Below, piece after piece: positions 21,925 through 31,513 of a stretch of 64,000 bases of DNA. The DNA comes from an uncultured Pseudomonadota bacterium (GTDB taxonomy: Bacteria > Myxococcota_A > Polyangia > Fen-1088). The stretch covers positions 197,767 to 261,766 of the forward strand of contig CAVZEF010000005.1 of NCBI GenBank assembly GCA_963774325.1. Reading direction: 5' to 3'. The position numbers and the translations under genes are program-made. The first letter of the stretch is position 1. Each line of letters begins with the position of its first letter. Below the pieces are notes generated by a model. The model was not told the origin of the DNA. It did not search any database and was given only the letters and a program-made list of their open reading frames with translations.

Positions 21925-23709
21925 TCACCGCACCGCCGCGGCAAGCGTCTCGCTTGCCGCGCGGTTCGCGCTCATGAGGGGCCGCAGCAGCGATCGCACC
22001 GCCGCGCGCGCCGTGTCCGACCGCCCGACCAGCCGGGCCAGCGGCGGCGCGTCGCGCGCGTAGAGCAGCGCCGCCAGCTCGACCACGCCCGACCGCTGCG
22101 CCGCCTGGTCGCGCTCGCGGCGCAGCACCGCGACGTCGGGGTCGAGCTCGCTGCCGTAGGCGGCGGTCGCGATCACGCAGCCCGAGAGCTGGGTGTAGGG
22201 GCGCTTGCCGGTGATCACGCGCGCGAACGCCGGCGCCGACCAGCCGCAGGCGCCCCGCGCGCGCAGGCCGATCGAGTAAGCGGTCTGCGGCAAGAGGCCG
22301 TCGACCTCCGCCTCGCTGATGGTCCCGGGCACGTCGACGGCGGGCGCCGCCGCCGGCGCCCATTGCGAGAACAGGCTCTCGTCGGCGCCCTTGAGTGGGT
22401 CGGGCGCGATGGCATAGCGCAGGTCGTAGCCGATGACCGGCGCGCCGCTGTCGGACGACTGGCGGAACGTGAACGTCGCCGACGTCGGCGGCTGAGTCAG
22501 CTTGGGCTCGTCGATGCGCGGCGCTTCGGGCGTGGGCGCGGTCGCGCAGTCGAGCGGCGCGCAGGCCATCTCGTCGACGTGAACCACGCCCGCGCCGCCC
22601 GGCCCGTCGCTGACGCGCAGGCGCTGGACGCCGCTGCCCGGCGTCGCCGCGGTCGACCTGCGCATCGATCGGATGCAGGTCGCCGGCGACGCCGGTCCAG
22701 TCGCCGTATCCGTACGCCGTGGCCACCGCCGCCGCCGCGATCGGCGTGCCCGCCGAGACATGAAGCGGCACGCGATAGACCACCGACGGCTGGCCGACGT
22801 TGCCGTTCTGGCCGTAGGCGTCGTAGTTGCTCACCTCCTCGGGCTCGATGAACGAGTCGTGGGTGAACGCGGCGTTCTCGTCGAACTCCTTGCCGACCTC
22901 GACCATCAGCGCGTAGTCGCCGTCGGGCAGACCGTCGGGCACGCTCCAGGTCGCCGAGAAGCCACGATCGTACGCCGGCGTCGCCGCCGCGATGACGTCG
23001 AGGTCGTTGATGAGCCCGTACTGGGGCGCGTCGCCGAAGTCGCACGCGCTGCCGCCGCTGCTGATGATCGGGATGCAGACCGCGCTCCAGTCGAGGATGT
23101 CGCCGCGCGGCGGGTAGTACGTGCGTGCCTCGCCCGGCTGGAGCAACCCCTTGGCGTCGCGGAACGTGCCGCTGGCGCAGGTGACGGCGTCGACGATCTC
23201 GTTCTCCATCATCGGGCGGCAGAAGTGGCTCTCGGGCGAAGAGACCGACTCGTGGAACGTCATCCAGTTGTCCTTGCCGTCGTTCATCTCCACCGATTCG
23301 TAGAGCACGCCGCGCCGGTGCGCCCAGACCGGCAGCGCCATGATTCGCCGTCCATAGGGAAAGAGCGGGCCGGACCGGAAGTCCCAGCGCCCGGGCCGGT
23401 TGCCGATGCCGTACAGCGCGACCCCGTTGGTCACCAGCAGCGTGTCGATGAACGTGGTGCCGTCGGCGCTCTCGAGCCAGACGGCGATCTGCGGGCCCGT
23501 AGTCGGGCGTCGGCGACGTCGAAGCGGCAGGCGCCGGTCGCGGGATCGCGCGTGAGGCAGTCGGGCTCGAATCCGAAGCGGAGCAGGCGGCAGCTCGCGT
23601 GGGCGGCCGGCGCGCTCGACACGAGCGCCGCCAGCGCCAGCGTCATCCCGACGATCGCAGCGATCGAGGGATGAACGCAAAGCGAACGTCGGGGGCGCGC
23701 GAGAGGCAC
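21925..23709 (-). pseudogene. secreted hypothetical protein (N-terminal unknown domain, FN3-like module, C-terminal CVIATAAYGS motif), at least two frame changes
   Basis: The signal peptide is in ORF 23431-23709 (..MTLALAALVSSAPAAHA). The body is in ORF 21878-23872 (IAVWLESADGTTFIDTLLVTN..ALPVWAHRRG..). The tail is in ORF 21925-22761 (..TSATFTFRQSSDSGAPVIGYDLRY..CVIATAAYGSELDPDVAVLRRERD..). The stop lies 6 nt from the tRNA-Arg 3' end on the opposite strand. Confidence 0.55.
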
Positions 23710-23940
23710 GGGCGATCCCCACCCTAACCTCTGGCGAGGGGACCCTCACATGGTCGCCGTCACGGACGAGGCGCGTGGACGGAGCCGGGCCCGGGCTGCC
23801 ATGAAAGCGTTGACTGGATGCAGTGGATCGTTGCGCGCCAGACAACACTCCGACCGGCTGAGCTACCCGCATCTCCGCATTTTCACTAGGTGTGGGATGT
23901 CATCTACCGTTGGTCCGAATTGTGCTTTGCCATACGGTTT

Positions 23941-24737
23941 ATGAGCCGCTCAAATGCGGAGCCAAGCCGAGCTCCGGCCGCCGCACCAATCCCGACCCAG
24001 GAGGCAACCCCGATTCAGATGGCGACGAAAACCGCGCCGATTCTGTATCTGCCGACCTGGTCGCGCCTGCGCATCGCGACGAAACAGCGAACCCGCCTGG
24101 GCAGCGGTGGAGACTTCTTCGAGGTGTTCCAGCACCGCGAGGGCCCGGTCACGACCGTGATGGCCGACGTCGCCGGCAACGGCCCGCGCGCCGCGGTGCC
24201 GGTCTCCGACCTGCGCTGGGCATTTCGCCAGCGGCTCGCGCGCGGTGAAGCGCCGGGGCAGGTGCTGGGCGCGGTCAACGACTGGCTCATCGGCCAGAGC
24301 GTCCACGAGCTGCTGGTGACGGCGCTGTGCGTCCGCATCGACGTGCACGACCGGCGTCGCCGAGATCGCGAGCGCCGGGCATCTGGGCCCGTTCATCAAG
24401 CGCAAGTCGGGCGTCGCCGAGACGCTGACCCCGGCGCCGGCGCTGCCGCTCGGCATCCTCGAGGGCGAGGAGTACACCGTCGATCCGCACGGTGCTGTCG
24501 CTGCAGGACGCGCTGGTGCTGGCGACCGACGGCGTCACCGATCGGCTGGCGACGTCGAGCGATCCGCTGGGCGAGCTCGGCCTGGTGCGCCACCTGACCG
24601 CGGCGCCGCCGTCGGCGCCGCACATCTGCGACGCGCTGCTGGCGATCGGCGCCGATCACGATCACGACGCGACCGTCGTCGTCGTGCAGATGCCGGCGCG
24701 CCAGCGAAAGCCGACGCCACCGTCGAGGCGTCGCTAG
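23941..24737 (+). pseudogene. PP2C/SpoIIE-family serine phosphatase domain protein, about two frame changes
   Basis: GGDFFEVF.., VMADVAGNGPRAAV.., ..VTALCVRID.. are in ORF 23890-24597. ..EIASAGHLGPF.. is in a second frame. ..ALVLATDGVTD..HDHDATVVVVQM is in ORF 24492-24737. Confidence 0.7.
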
Positions 24738-26877
24738 GACGGCCCGGGCTTCTGGCGCGCGACCCGCAGCAGGGTCACGCCCATGATCAGGAAGCAGCCC
24801 AGGCCCAGGAGCTGGTAGCCGCCCTCGCCGATCGCGCCGTGCGAGCGCGTGCTCCAGCGACAGCTTGCCGATCGCTTGCGCCCAGCTGTCCTTGACCGTC
24901 AGCAGCGCCACGGCGACGCCGGCGACCGCGCCGCCCGCGACCAGGCCGGTCGCGAACAGGTTGCCGGGGCCGAGCTCGGATTCCTCGGGCGTCTCCTTCT
25001 CGTCCCCTTGCCGGGGCCGCGCCGCCGCGCGAGCCGATCCGCGGCCGCCTTGACGATGCCGCCCGCGAAGATCGGCGACGTCGTCGACAGCGGCAGGTAG
25101 GCGCCGACGGCGAACGAGAGCGACTTCACCCCGCACAGCTCCATGGTGATCGCGAGCGCGACGCCGACGAGCACGAACTGCCAGTCGAGGTTGGCGGCCA
25201 GCAGCCCCTGGATCAGCGTCGCCATCAGCGTCGCCTGCGGCGCCGGATAGCGATCGGAGCCGATCAGGTGGTGCGGCGGATGATCGAGCACGCGGATGGT
25301 CACGCCGACCACGATCGTGGCGGTGACCACGCCGATGAGGAGACCGATCTGCTGCGCGCGCGGCGTGGCGCCGACGAGGATAGCCGGTCTTGAGATCCTG
25401 CGACGTCGCGCCGGCGTTGGCGGCGGCGATGCACACGATCGAGCCCACGCACAGCGCCATCGGCTGATAGGCGTCGCCGGTCCAGCCGAAGCCGACGAAG
25501 ATCAGGCAGGTGCCCATCAGCGTCGCGATGGTCATGCCCGACACCGGGTTCGACGACGTGCCGATGAGCCCGACGATGCGGCTGGCGACGGTGACGAAGA
25601 AGAAGCCGAAGACGATCACCAGCAGGCCGAGCAGCAGCTTGCTGACCACGCCCGATCCGGGCACGAACGGCAGCACCGCCATGATCGCGACCAGCGCGGC
25701 GCAGCCGAACAGCACGGTGGTGATCGGCAGCTCGCGGTCGGTGCGCTTGGTGCGCTCGGCGCCGCCGCCCTGGCGCAGCGCCGCCAGGCTCTCGCGGAAC
25801 GACGAGACGATCGTCGGCAGCGTCTTGAGGAGCGTGATGAAGCCGCCGGCCGCGACCGCGCCCGCGCCGATCTGGCGCACGTAGGCGCGGTAGATCGCGG
25901 ACGCCGTGCTCGCGAAGGTGTGGGTGACCGGGTCCCAGCCACCCGGCCCGCCCGGCGTCGCGACGCTGGCCAGGTAGCCGAGCTTGGCGAGCTGGGCGGC
26001 GACGGCGTCGGCGGGGGTCAGGAACGCGAGCAGCGGAATCAGGCCCAGCCACGCGAGCACGCCGCCCGCGACCAGCTCGCCGGCGATCTTGGGCCCGATG
26101 ATGTAGCCGATGCCGAGGTACTCGGGCGTGACGTCGCCGCTCAGCACCGCCGACGGCAGGTAGCGGTTGGTCTGCTTGAGCGCCAGCGTCGGTGTCTCCG
26201 CGATGAAGTGGAAGATCCGCTGCAGCAGCGCATACGCGAACGCGAAGCCCAGCCCCTGGTACGCGGTGCGCGCCAGCACGCCGCCCTTCTCGCCGGCGAT
26301 CAGCACCGACGCGCACGCCGTGCCTTCGGGGTAGGGCAGCGCGCCGTGCTCCTTGACGATCAGCGAGCGGCGCAGCGGCACCATCATGAGCACGCCCATG
26401 ATGCCGCCGAGCATCGCCAGCGTGAGGATCGTCCAGTACGAGAAGAACGGCTCGCCGACGCTGCGCCCGGTCGCCGGGTCGCGTGTCAGGAACAGGAACC
26501 CGGGCAGCGTGAACACGACGCCGGCGGCGATCGACTCGCCCGCGGAGCCGATGGTCTGCACCATGTTGTTCTCGAGGATCGTCGACGAGCCGAAGCGCTT
26601 GAACAGCGAGATCGCCAGCACCGAGATCGGGATCGACGCCGACACCGTGAGCCCGGCCTTGAGCGCCAGGTAGACCGTCGCCGCGCCGAAGATCACGCCG
26701 AACACCATGCCGAGCACGATCGCCTTCGCGGTGAGCTCGGGCATGCTGGTGCCGGGCGACGACGTATGGTTCGAAGTCGGGTTCGAACGTCGAGGTCGCC
26801 GACGCTGACGCCGACGCCGACGCCGACGACGTCGACGCCGAACCAGAAGGGCCTGGCTCGTCGTCGCTGGTGCCCAT
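24734..26877 (-). pseudogene. OPT-family oligopeptide transporter, at least four frame changes
   Basis: PELTAKAIVLGMVFGVIFGAATVYLALKAGLTVSASIPISVLAISLF..NNMVQTIGSAGESIAAGVVFTLPG is in ORF 24396-26744. Later TM segments are in ORF 24899-25330 and a third frame, ending ..GCFLIMGVTLLRVARQKPGPS. The N-terminal extension MGTSDDEP..FEPDFEPYVVA starts at ATG 26877, which overlaps the upstream stop (ATGA). Confidence 0.8.
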
Positions 26878-27725
26878 CAGGACAGGTCCTCCCACCGGCA
26901 CAGCGTGATGCCGCGCCGCTGCAGGGCGCCGCGCACGCGGTCGGAGCAAAGCGCGGTCAGCTCTTCGGCGCCGTGATACGGGCGCCCCTCGGCGTCGCGC
27001 GCGCGGATGTCGGTCTCGGACGGGTGGCAGATGAGCTCGTGATCGCCGGCGCCGAGGCGCCCGATGATCTCCAGGATGCGGATCTCGTCGAGGCAGCCGC
27101 TCTCGACGTAGCCCCAGCTCTGCGGGCCGTGCCGCAGCATGCCCATGCTCCGCCGCGACAGCCAGCCGAGGCCGGTGAGCAGCCCGGCCTCGATCCCGCG
27201 CGTCGGCTCGGTGACCCACGACAGCGTCGGCTTCTCGAACAGCGTGCGGATCCCGTGGATGCCGTGCCGGCGCGCCGCCGCCTCCATCGCCCGGCCGACC
27301 ATCGGCAGGAAGCCGAGGTGGTGGTGCGTGTCCAGGTGATCGACGGCGATGCCGGCCCCGCGCACGCGATCGATCTGCGCGTCGATCTCGCGGTCGATGT
27401 GCGCGGCGTCGAGCTGGCCGCGCATCCAGCGCGTGAAGAAGTCGGTCGAGCGCGCCAGGAACGCACCGCCGCCGTCGGTGAGCGTGGGCACCGTGCTCGC
27501 GTCCGACACGGGCCGGCCGCCGATCAGCGCCAGGTGCACGCCGACGCCCAGCGCCGGCGCCTCGGCCAGCAGCGCGCGCGCCGCATCGAGATCACCACAG
27601 TTGCCCAGCAGCGACGTGCTGGTGACGACTCCGGCGCGGTGCGCCTTCACGATCCCGCGCGAGATCTCCATCGTCATTCCAAAGTCGTCGGCGTTGACCA
27701 CCAGACGAACGCGCGCATCGGTCAC
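26877..27725 (-). CDS. YdjC-like carbohydrate deacetylase (ChbG/HpnK family)
   Basis: Intact 282-aa ORF with VNADDFGMTMEISRGIVKAHRAGVVTSTSLL and DHLDTHHHLG motifs. Confidence 0.8.
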   Translation of the reverse strand: MTDARVRLVVNADDFGMTMEISRGIVKAHRAGVVTSTSLLGNCGDLDAARALLAEAPALGVGVHLALIGGRPVSDASTVPTLTDGGGAFLARSTDFFTRWMRGQLDAAHIDREIDAQIDRVRGAGIAVDHLDTHHHLGFLPMVGRAMEAAARRHGIHGIRTLFEKPTLSWVTEPTRGIEAGLLTGLGWLSRRSMGMLRHGPQSWGYVESGCLDEIRILEIIGRLGAGDHELICHPSETDIRARDAEGRPYHGAEELTALCSDRVRGALQRRGITLCRWEDLS

Positions 27726-27846
27726 GATCGGCTCCCCATCTCAAAAGTCGGCCCAGGGCCGGCGACACCAGATCGCCAGCGGCGGAAAAGGGACCTTTTA
27801 CCATGTTGCGTCGCGCGACCCTGAGGTTTGACCCTGTTTTTCGAAG

Positions 27847-29184
27847 ATGGTATCTGAAGACTCAATGGCGAAGCGCATAGTGATCGCCGACGACAGCGCG
27901 ACGATCCAGAGGGCCTTCGCGATGACCTTCGGCGCTGAAGACGTCACCCTGGTCGCTGCGCGATCGGCGGACGAAGGCCTCGCCCTCACCCGCCAGCTAC
28001 AGCCGGAGCTGGTGATCGCCGACGGTATGATGCCGGGCCGGTCGGGCTACGACCTGTGCGCGCAGATCAAGGCTGATCCGTCGCTGTCCGCGACCGCTGT
28101 CTACGTGCTGGCGTCGGCGCAGCAGCCCTACGACGACTCGCGCGGGCGGCAATGCGGCGCCGACGGGCATCTCCTGAAGCCGTTCGACACCGCCGCGATC
28201 ATCGAGAAGGTGCACGAAGCGCTCGCCAAGGGTCCGACCGAGGTCGCGCGTCCCGCGTCGGTATCGGCGCCACCGTCGGACGATTTCGGTCCGCCGGTGC
28301 CGTCCGACGCGCGCTCGCCGATCCCCCTCGGGTTGAGCACGTCGCTGGCCGCGGCCGACGACGATGACGAGTACGGCGAGATCAGCGTCGACATGGCGCC
28401 GCCGACCCCCGAGGACGACGCGCCGGAGACCGAGATCGAGTACGCGGCGGTGCCGTCCGCGCCGCCGCTCGCTGCTGCGCGTCCCTCGCTGACGCCTCCG
28501 CCCTACGCTTCGGCGGCGGGGACGCCGGCGCCCGTCCCGGCTTTTCAGGCTCCCGCGCCGCCGGCGTCGCCGATGTCGGCGGCGGCGAGCATGCGTCCGT
28601 CGCTGATTCCCGGCATTCGCCCGGGCGCGGTGGCGCCGGCGCGGCCCGGCGCTGCGCCGCCACGCCCCGCGAGCCCGGCCGCTGCTCCCGCGGCCCGGCC
28701 ACCCGCGCCGATCGCGCGCACGCTGATGGGTCTGCCGGCGGCGAACATTCCGATCCCGGGGACTTCGCGTCCCGCGGCGCCGCCGATGGCGCGTCCGGCG
28801 CCGCCACCCTCCGGGACGCCGTCGCCGTTTTCGGCGCTGAGCTCGACGCCGGCGGTGCCCCCTCCGTCGTCATCATCGGCAGCGCGGCCCGCTCCCGTGG
28901 CTCCGCCAGCCTCGACCCCGGCGCCACTCTTCTCGTCGGTGCCGGCCATGCCGGCGACCCCGCTGCCCGCGGTCGCTGCCGCGGCCAGCGTGTCGGCCAT
29001 GGTGTCGGCGGCGGTCGGCGCCGCGGTGGATCAGAAGATCGCCGCGATCGGCGCGCGCGGCCCCGAATACGAAGCGATCGCCAAGCTCTCGCGCGAGATC
29101 ATCGAGCAGATCGTCTGGGAAGTGGTGCCCGAGCTCGCCGAGGTGATCATCCGCGAGCACGTCGAGCGCCACGTCCGCGCGTAG
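27847..29184 (+). CDS. response regulator receiver protein with a long Pro/Ala-rich region and a conserved C-terminal helix
   Basis: REC domain (RIVIADDSATIQ..ELVIADGMMPGRSGYDLC..HLLKPF). About 250 aa of P/A/S-rich low complexity follow. The C-terminus is YEAIAKLSREIIEQIVWEVVPELAEVIIREHVERHV. An alternative start is ATG 27865. Confidence 0.75.
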   Translation: MVSEDSMAKRIVIADDSATIQRAFAMTFGAEDVTLVAARSADEGLALTRQLQPELVIADGMMPGRSGYDLCAQIKADPSLSATAVYVLASAQQPYDDSRGRQCGADGHLLKPFDTAAIIEKVHEALAKGPTEVARPASVSAPPSDDFGPPVPSDARSPIPLGLSTSLAAADDDDEYGEISVDMAPPTPEDDAPETEIEYAAVPSAPPLAAARPSLTPPPYASAAGTPAPVPAFQAPAPPASPMSAAASMRPSLIPGIRPGAVAPARPGAAPPRPASPAAAPAARPPAPIARTLMGLPAANIPIPGTSRPAAPPMARPAPPPSGTPSPFSALSSTPAVPPPSSSSAARPAPVAPPASTPAPLFSSVPAMPATPLPAVAAAASVSAMVSAAVGAAVDQKIAAIGARGPEYEAIAKLSREIIEQIVWEVVPELAEVIIREHVERHVRA

Positions 29185-30273
29185 CTACGGCGAGACCACC
29201 AACCCCCACGGCAGGCCGCCGATCTTGATGCGCTTGTCGATCTTGCCGGTCGCGGCTTCGATCACCGAGACGTCGCCCGAGGGACCGTTGGCAGTGAAGA
29301 TCCACTTGCCGTCGTGGCTGACGCCGATGCCCCACGGTCGCGCGCCCACGCCGTCGATCAAGCGGGCGACCTTGCGCGCGGCGACGTCGACGACGGCCAC
29401 CGACTCGCCGCGGCCGTTCGAGACGTAGAGCTCCTTGCCGTCGGGCGAGAACGCCAGGCCCATCGGGCGCGGGCCGAGCACGGTCTTGGCCTTGGGCTCG
29501 ATCTTGATCGTGCCGTCGGGCGCATTCTTGGCGACGTCGACGACGGTCAGCATCGCGCCGTTCTCCGAGCCGGCGAATGCGGTCTTGCCGTCGCGGGTGA
29601 ACGCGATGTTGCGCGGGCGCGGGCCGGTGGCGATGTGAGCGAGCACCTTCAGCGCATGCGTGTCGACGGCGACGACCTCGTTCTCTTCCTCCGACGTCAC
29701 GTAGACCACCTTGCCGTCGGGGCGCACGGTCACGCCCTCGGGCTCCTTGCCGACGGGGATCCGGTGCGTGACCTGGCTGGTGCGCAGGTCGAGCACGCTC
29801 ATCTCCGCGGTCTCCTCGTTCGACACGTACAGGGTCTTGCCGTCGCGCGACAGGTCGAACGATTCGGGATCCTGACCGCTCGGCAGCGTGCGCACCAGCT
29901 TGCGCGTGGCCAGGTCGACGACGCCGATGCCGTCGGCCGAGCGATCGGGCGGCGGCAGCTTGGATTCGTCGACGCCCGGTCCGCCGCGCGGCGATCCCGA
30001 GAGCGCGACGTACAGCGTCTTGCCATCCTTCGACAGCTTGATGCCGCGCGGGCGCTTGCCGACCGGGATGCGCGCGACGACCTCGGCGTGCGCGGGGTCG
30101 ACGACCACCACCTCGCCGCCGTCTTCGACGCTGACGTAGAGGCGCGTCGCAGCGCCGTCCGCGGCGCGCGCGGGCGTGCCGGCCGCCATCGCCCAGATGC
30201 CGCCGACCAGCACGAGCGCGGATAGTGACCCAAGTCTCGGGAACCGGTGAGCTCTCGTCGGTGTGGGTTGCAT
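29185..30273 (-). CDS. YVTN-type beta-propeller repeat protein (PQQ-dependent-catabolism-associated propeller-like)
   Basis: The start was moved to ATG 30273 (signal ..ALVLVGGIWAMAAGTPARA). Blades of the type GKRPRGIKLSKDGKTLYVA / GQDPESFDLSRDGKTLYVSN / GKEPEGVTVRPDGKVVYVT / GPRPMGLAFSPDGKELYVSN repeat. The gene is divergent from pqqA. Confidence 0.65.
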   Translation of the reverse strand: MQPTPTRAHRFPRLGSLSALVLVGGIWAMAAGTPARAADGAATRLYVSVEDGGEVVVVDPAHAEVVARIPVGKRPRGIKLSKDGKTLYVALSGSPRGGPGVDESKLPPPDRSADGIGVVDLATRKLVRTLPSGQDPESFDLSRDGKTLYVSNEETAEMSVLDLRTSQVTHRIPVGKEPEGVTVRPDGKVVYVTSEEENEVVAVDTHALKVLAHIATGPRPRNIAFTRDGKTAFAGSENGAMLTVVDVAKNAPDGTIKIEPKAKTVLGPRPMGLAFSPDGKELYVSNGRGESVAVVDVAARKVARLIDGVGARPWGIGVSHDGKWIFTANGPSGDVSVIEAATGKIDKRIKIGGLPWGLVVSP

Positions 30274-30341
30274 GCGTCGACCGGGATGGTTACAGGACCG
30301 ATCGGCGCGCGGCGAGGGGTTTTTGCGGGTTTTTTGAACGC

Positions 30342-30370
30342 TTGACGGGCTCGGGCCGGGCGTCGAGAAT
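30342..30370 (+). promoter_or_regulatory. sigma-70-like promoter candidate for pqqA (TTGACG-N17-GAGAAT) with an upstream T-tract
   Basis: TTGACG at 30342-30347, a 17-nt spacer and GAGAAT at 30365-30370. A T-rich UP-like stretch (gggtttttgcgggtttttt) lies just upstream. The hairpin CGAGGC-gtcg-GCCTCG sits in the leader. Confidence 0.4.
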
Positions 30371-30430
30371 ACGGGTCCAGTGTTCGGAGCGAGGCGTCGG
30401 CCTCGCGGGCTTTCGCGAAAGGTGACGTCA

Positions 30431-30586
30431 ATGAAGTGGGAAACCCCGGCCTTCGTCGAGATCAACATGAGCGCCGAGATCGGCGGCTACCAGACCGACT
30501 TCGATGACGACCGCGAGCCCGCGGGACCGCGCGTGCCGCGCGCCGACCGCGTCGCGCAGCAGGACGCGTCGCCGCGGCGGCCGTAA
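30431..30586 (+). CDS. pqqA: PQQ precursor peptide PqqA (unusually long C-terminal tail)
   Basis: MKWETPAFVEINMSAEIGGYQTDF.. carries the conserved Glu-x3-Tyr (E-IGG-Y). AAGGTG lies 7 nt upstream. The gene is directly upstream of pqqBCDE. The ORF runs 51 codons to TAA 30584-30586. Confidence 0.8.
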   Translation: MKWETPAFVEINMSAEIGGYQTDFDDDREPAGPRVPRADRVAQQDASPRRP

Positions 30587-30595
30587 AACCGCCGC

Positions 30596-31513
30596 GTGCG
30601 CATCCGCGTCCTCGGTTCGGCGGCGGGCGGTGGTTTCCCGCAGTGGAACTGTGGCTGCGACAACTGTGCCCTCGCGCGCCAGGGCAGCGCGCGCGTCCGG
30701 CCGCGTACCCAGGAGTCGGTCGCCGTCAGCGGCGATGGTGAATCCTGGTTCCTGATCAACTGCTCGCCTGAGATCCGCGCGCAGATCGAGAGCTTCGACG
30801 GGCTCTGGCCGCGGTCGCGCCGCCATTCGCCCATCGCCGGCATCTTCCTGACCAACGGCGATCTCGACCACTGCCTGGGGTTGCTGTCGTTGCGGGAGTC
30901 GCACCCCCTGATGGTCCACGCCACCGACGCGGTCCGCGCGGGCTTCACCGAGGACAACGTCCTTTATCGCACCCTCGCGCGCTTTCCCGAGCAGGTGACC
31001 TGGCGGCCGCTCGAGCTCGGCCGCGAGCAGGCGCTCGACGCGCGAGACACCGGTGCCGGGCTGCGCGTGACCGCGATCGCCGCGCCGGGCAAGCTGCCGC
31101 TGCACCTGGAGTCGTCGCGCGCGGCCAGCGCCGAGGACGGGATCGGCTTGCTGATCGACGACCCGCGCACGGGCGGGCGTCTCGCCTATTTCTCCGGCGT
31201 GGCCGGACCCTCGCCCGAGATCGAGCGCGCGATCGCCGGCGCCGGCGCGGTCTTTTTCGACGGCACCTTCTGGAGCAGCGACGAGCTGATCGCGGCGGGC
31301 CTGGGTACGAAGCGGGCCGAGGAGATGGCGCACTGGCCGGTCGGCGGTCCCGAGGGGAGCCTCGGCTTTCTCGCGCGCGCCACCGCGCGGCGGCGGATCC
31401 TGATCCACGTCAACAACACCAACCCCATCCTGCGCGAGGACAGCGCCGAGCGCCGCGCCGTCGCCGCCGCCGGCGTCGAGGTCGCCGAGGACGGCATGGA
31501 GCTGGCGCTGTGA
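30596..31513 (+). CDS. pqqB: PQQ biosynthesis protein PqqB
   Basis: Intact 305-aa ORF (GTG start). The hallmark N-terminus is RVLGSAAGGGFPQWNCGCDNC. Confidence 0.9.
   Translation: MRIRVLGSAAGGGFPQWNCGCDNCALARQGSARVRPRTQESVAVSGDGESWFLINCSPEIRAQIESFDGLWPRSRRHSPIAGIFLTNGDLDHCLGLLSLRESHPLMVHATDAVRAGFTEDNVLYRTLARFPEQVTWRPLELGREQALDARDTGAGLRVTAIAAPGKLPLHLESSRAASAEDGIGLLIDDPRTGGRLAYFSGVAGPSPEIERAIAGAGAVFFDGTFWSSDELIAAGLGTKRAEEMAHWPVGGPEGSLGFLARATARRRILIHVNNTNPILREDSAERRAVAAAGVEVAEDGMELAL

Noticed and set aside
25296-27824. An 842-aa plus-strand ORF, and similar giant ORFs at 33296-35857 (-), 55449-57800 (-), 42725-44476 (-), 10600-11802 (-), 7619-8779 (+) and 59372-60631 (-, upstream part).
   Set aside because: All lie antisense to genes with clear family motifs (OPT/YdjC, valS, hybrid HK and others) and translate to Arg/Ala/Gly/Pro-rich sequence without motifs. 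These are typical GC-rich shadow frames.
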